Of a stretch of 49,236 nt of DNA, positions 47,112 to 49,236 are shown one piece after another (position 1 is the first letter of the stretch; every line of letters starts with the position of its first letter). A model generated the notes under the pieces. The model did not search any database. It saw only the letters and a list, made by a program, of their open reading frames with translations, and was not told the origin of the DNA. Location: NCBI GenBank assembly GCA_030648515.1, contig JAUSHK010000005.1, positions 228,895 through 278,130 on the forward strand. The letters are read 5' to 3'. This DNA is from Candidatus Jorgensenbacteria bacterium. GTDB lineage: Bacteria > Patescibacteriota > Minisyncoccia > UBA6257 > GWB1-50-10. Made by a program: the position numbers and the translations under genes.

Positions 47112-47183
47112 AGGCGGCAGCCGGAATCGGACCGGCGCATAGCAGTTTTGCAGACTGCTGTGTTACCACTTCACCATGCCGCC
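47112..47183 (-). tRNA. tRNA-Cys(GCA)
   Basis: ggcggca...gcagt-ctGCAaa-actgc...tgccgcct. Confidence 0.93.
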
Positions 47184-47212
47184 TATTTTTTCAAACAGAG
47201 TTTTTAGAACGC

Positions 47213-47500
47213 TTACTCTTCCGCTATCCCGAAGGTGATGTGCGGTGTCGGGCGGATGTTCAGTTTCCGCGAGATTTCGTAGTTAACTTCACGCGTTCGT
47301 TTCTGAACCCTAAAAAACACTTCGGGGCCGCGTTCTTTTGGAATAATACCAAGTTTGACCGTGGCGTGCAATAAATCTTCGGAAACTATGACGTCAAGAA
47401 TCGTGACGAGCGCGCCCTCAAAATTAAATTCGCGTTCAAGGAGCCCGCCGACTTCCTGCCGTATAAGTTCCGCCATCCGCAAGTTTCTGTGCTGTCTCAT
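47213..47500 (-). CDS. rbfA: ribosome-binding factor A
   Basis: R..RMAELI...LVTI..V.VSEDL..ATV...IRPTPHITF; directly after infB. Confidence 0.88.
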   Translation of the reverse strand: MRQHRNLRMAELIRQEVGGLLEREFNFEGALVTILDVIVSEDLLHATVKLGIIPKERGPEVFFRVQKRTREVNYEISRKLNIRPTPHITFGIAEE

Positions 47501-48954
47501 TATTCAAAAATTAACGTATTGCCAACTTTTATCGGCTCGTCGCTTTCAACCGATAATCCGATTTCCTGCCCCGCGTTCGCTTCTGCAATATCTTTCCTTT
47601 CAGATTGCATATTTAAAATTCTTCCGGCGCATATTTTCCGTTTCTCGTGCCACATTTCAAACGCGCTCTGGTTCTTGACGGGCCCCACAAGCACGCGCCC
47701 GCCGATAATTTGCTGTCTGCCTTTTCGCCCGCCGAATACCGCCAAAATCAGCATTGACGGCAAAACTTTTGAAACGGCCTTGCTCGCGTACGCGACAAGC
47801 TCTTTCTCAAGCTCGTAGATGATATTTGACGAGATAATCGGAATTTTTCTCGCGTCGCTCACATTGTGTGCCGCCTTATCAATTTTCACGTGGAAGCCGA
47901 TGATGACTGCCGCGGCGTGCTCCGTGTTTTTGAGGTCGGTTTCGTGGATGTCGCCCACTGACGCGCCAACAACAACGAGTGGAAGCGCGGCCGAGAGTTT
48001 TTGAATGAGCCCTTCAAGCGCCTCAAGCGACGCCGATTCGTCCGCCTTGAGCACGAGCGGAATTATCTCTTCGCCCTCTACCTCCGTCCGCGCTTTTTGC
48101 TGCGCTTTCGTTGTTTTTATTTTGGCATTGTCTTCCGCGACGGCTTTTTCTACCGCCATGGCGTCGCTTCCCGCGAAAAACTGCTCGCCGATTTTTGGCA
48201 GTGATTCAAATCCGATTATGGCGCACGGCGCGCTCGGCTTCAATTCTTTTTCTTGTTTCCCGAGAAAATTTTCGAGCGTCCGCACTTTTCCTGATGCGCT
48301 TATTGTTCCGATAGTGTTTCCCTGCGCGAGCGTTCCCCCGCGGATGATGCCGCCCACGATAATGCCACGGCGCGGGTCAAGCCGCGCTGATGTAACAATT
48401 CCCGACGCGCATCCGTGCGGCGTTTCTTCTTTTATATCCTCCACTTCTGCGACAAGAAGAATGTGGTCAAGCAGTTCCGAAACGCCTGTTCCTTGTTTTG
48501 CAGAAATTTCCTGGAACGATATGTTTCCTCCGCGCCCTTCAAGAAACACTTCGGCCTGCGCGAGATCGTTCTTTGTTTTTTCCGTGTCCGCGTTCGGCTT
48601 ATCAATTTTATTTATCGCGACGACAAACGGAATTTTTTCGGCGCGGATGTGAATCAGCGCGTCTTTCGTCTGCGGTTTCACGCCGTCATCCGCCGCGACA
48701 ACAAGAATGGCGATGTCCGCGACTTTCGCTCCGTACGCGCGCATGTTTGAAAACGCCTCGTGCCCCGGGGTGTCAATAAACGTGATTTTGCGTCCGCCAG
48801 CCGGCGGATGCGTAATCTCGTATGCGCCGATGGATTGCGTGATGCCGCCCGCCTCGCGTTCAGCAACGGCGGTTTTCCTGATGTAATCAAGCAAGGTTGT
48901 TTTACCGTGGTCAACGTGCCCCATCACGGCGACAATGGGAGGCCTGGTATTCAT
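47500..48954 (-). CDS. infB: translation initiation factor IF-2 (short form lacking the N-terminal extension)
   Basis: [35 protein letters not shown] and NKID. Confidence 0.97.
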   Translation of the reverse strand: MNTRPPIVAVMGHVDHGKTTLLDYIRKTAVAEREAGGITQSIGAYEITHPPAGGRKITFIDTPGHEAFSNMRAYGAKVADIAILVVAADDGVKPQTKDALIHIRAEKIPFVVAINKIDKPNADTEKTKNDLAQAEVFLEGRGGNISFQEISAKQGTGVSELLDHILLVAEVEDIKEETPHGCASGIVTSARLDPRRGIIVGGIIRGGTLAQGNTIGTISASGKVRTLENFLGKQEKELKPSAPCAIIGFESLPKIGEQFFAGSDAMAVEKAVAEDNAKIKTTKAQQKARTEVEGEEIIPLVLKADESASLEALEGLIQKLSAALPLVVVGASVGDIHETDLKNTEHAAAVIIGFHVKIDKAAHNVSDARKIPIISSNIIYELEKELVAYASKAVSKVLPSMLILAVFGGRKGRQQIIGGRVLVGPVKNQSAFEMWHEKRKICAGRILNMQSERKDIAEANAGQEIGLSVESDEPIKVGNTLIFE

Positions 48955-49013
48955 ATAACGATTGTAAAAATAGCAGAGAAATGATATAAAAACAAGGATT
49001 CAACCGATTATTT

Positions 49014-49103
49014 GGAGGCGTGGCCGAGTGGTTGAAGGCAGCATCCTGCTAAGATGTTGTGGGAGAAATCCCATCGGAGGTTCGAATCCTCCCGCCTCCG
49101 CCA
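49014..49103 (+). tRNA. tRNA-Ser(GCT), CCA encoded
   Basis: ggaggcg...gcatc-ctGCTaa-gatgt, a long variable arm and ggttcgaatcc...cgcctccgcca. Confidence 0.95.
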
Positions 49104-49236
49104 AAATTGAAAATCGGAATCGGAAGCCGAAATGGGGTCGGCACGAAGTGCCGACACAAATGTATTCCCCCCAAAAAATCCTGATTCTGAAAGGATTCGC
49201 CACGCTCCGCGTGGCTCAAAAAGTACGGTTCGAGCT

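Noticed and set aside
47500-48954. IF2 only 484 aa long, possible truncation
   Set aside because: The GTPase and C-terminal domains are intact and a -10 element sits right before the ATG; short IF2 is expected in reduced genomes.
49000-49203. 67-aa minus-strand ORF, and ORFs 46034-46417 and 46119-46385
   Set aside because: They overlap tRNA genes and are translation artefacts.
1-49236. CRISPR array, rRNA or genetic-code reassignment
   Set aside because: No regularly spaced repeat-spacer array or rRNA-like sequence was seen, and TGA, TAA and TAG all terminate conserved genes at expected positions.

Overview
This window is a chromosomal segment that most resembles a Patescibacteria/CPR (Parcubacteria-like) genome. 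That placement is an inference from the compact type IV pilus cluster without a secretin, the short IF2, the giant FN3 surface proteins and the leaderless-looking core genes. TGA is used as a stop, so the code is standard. The left core block (1-22.8 kb) holds gatA (partial), gatC, ligA, a type IV pilus/competence cluster (minor pilins, pilD, pilin, pilC, pilT, pilB, pilO/N/M, comF) and two paralogous large surface proteins. The central accessory block (about 22.9-43 kb) holds a candidate RiPP system (an unannotated 56-aa Cys-containing precursor next to an RRE-radical SAM enzyme), an ABC-F ATPase and a T9SS-tail protein bracketed by ~90-bp inverted repeats. It also holds an AT-richer set of small-molecule/nucleotide-modifying enzymes: U32, divergent HAM1, P-loop kinase, 2 methyltransferases, GHMP kinase, racemase, carboxylate-amine ligase, deacylase, APH-like kinase, a decarboxylase with an in-frame stop, and a GNAT. 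Two of these enzyme genes sit behind leader-peptide attenuators, and a divergent ClpP follows. The right core block holds clpP, tyrS, a cupredoxin, a HIT protein, tRNAs (Gly, Leu, Cys, Ser) with an HNH gene between two of them, rbfA and infB. The two most striking observations are the RiPP cassette and a 24-nt element inserted in frame, in three different codon phases, into gatA, gatC and a pilin gene. All family calls come from motif recognition by eye; no searches were run.
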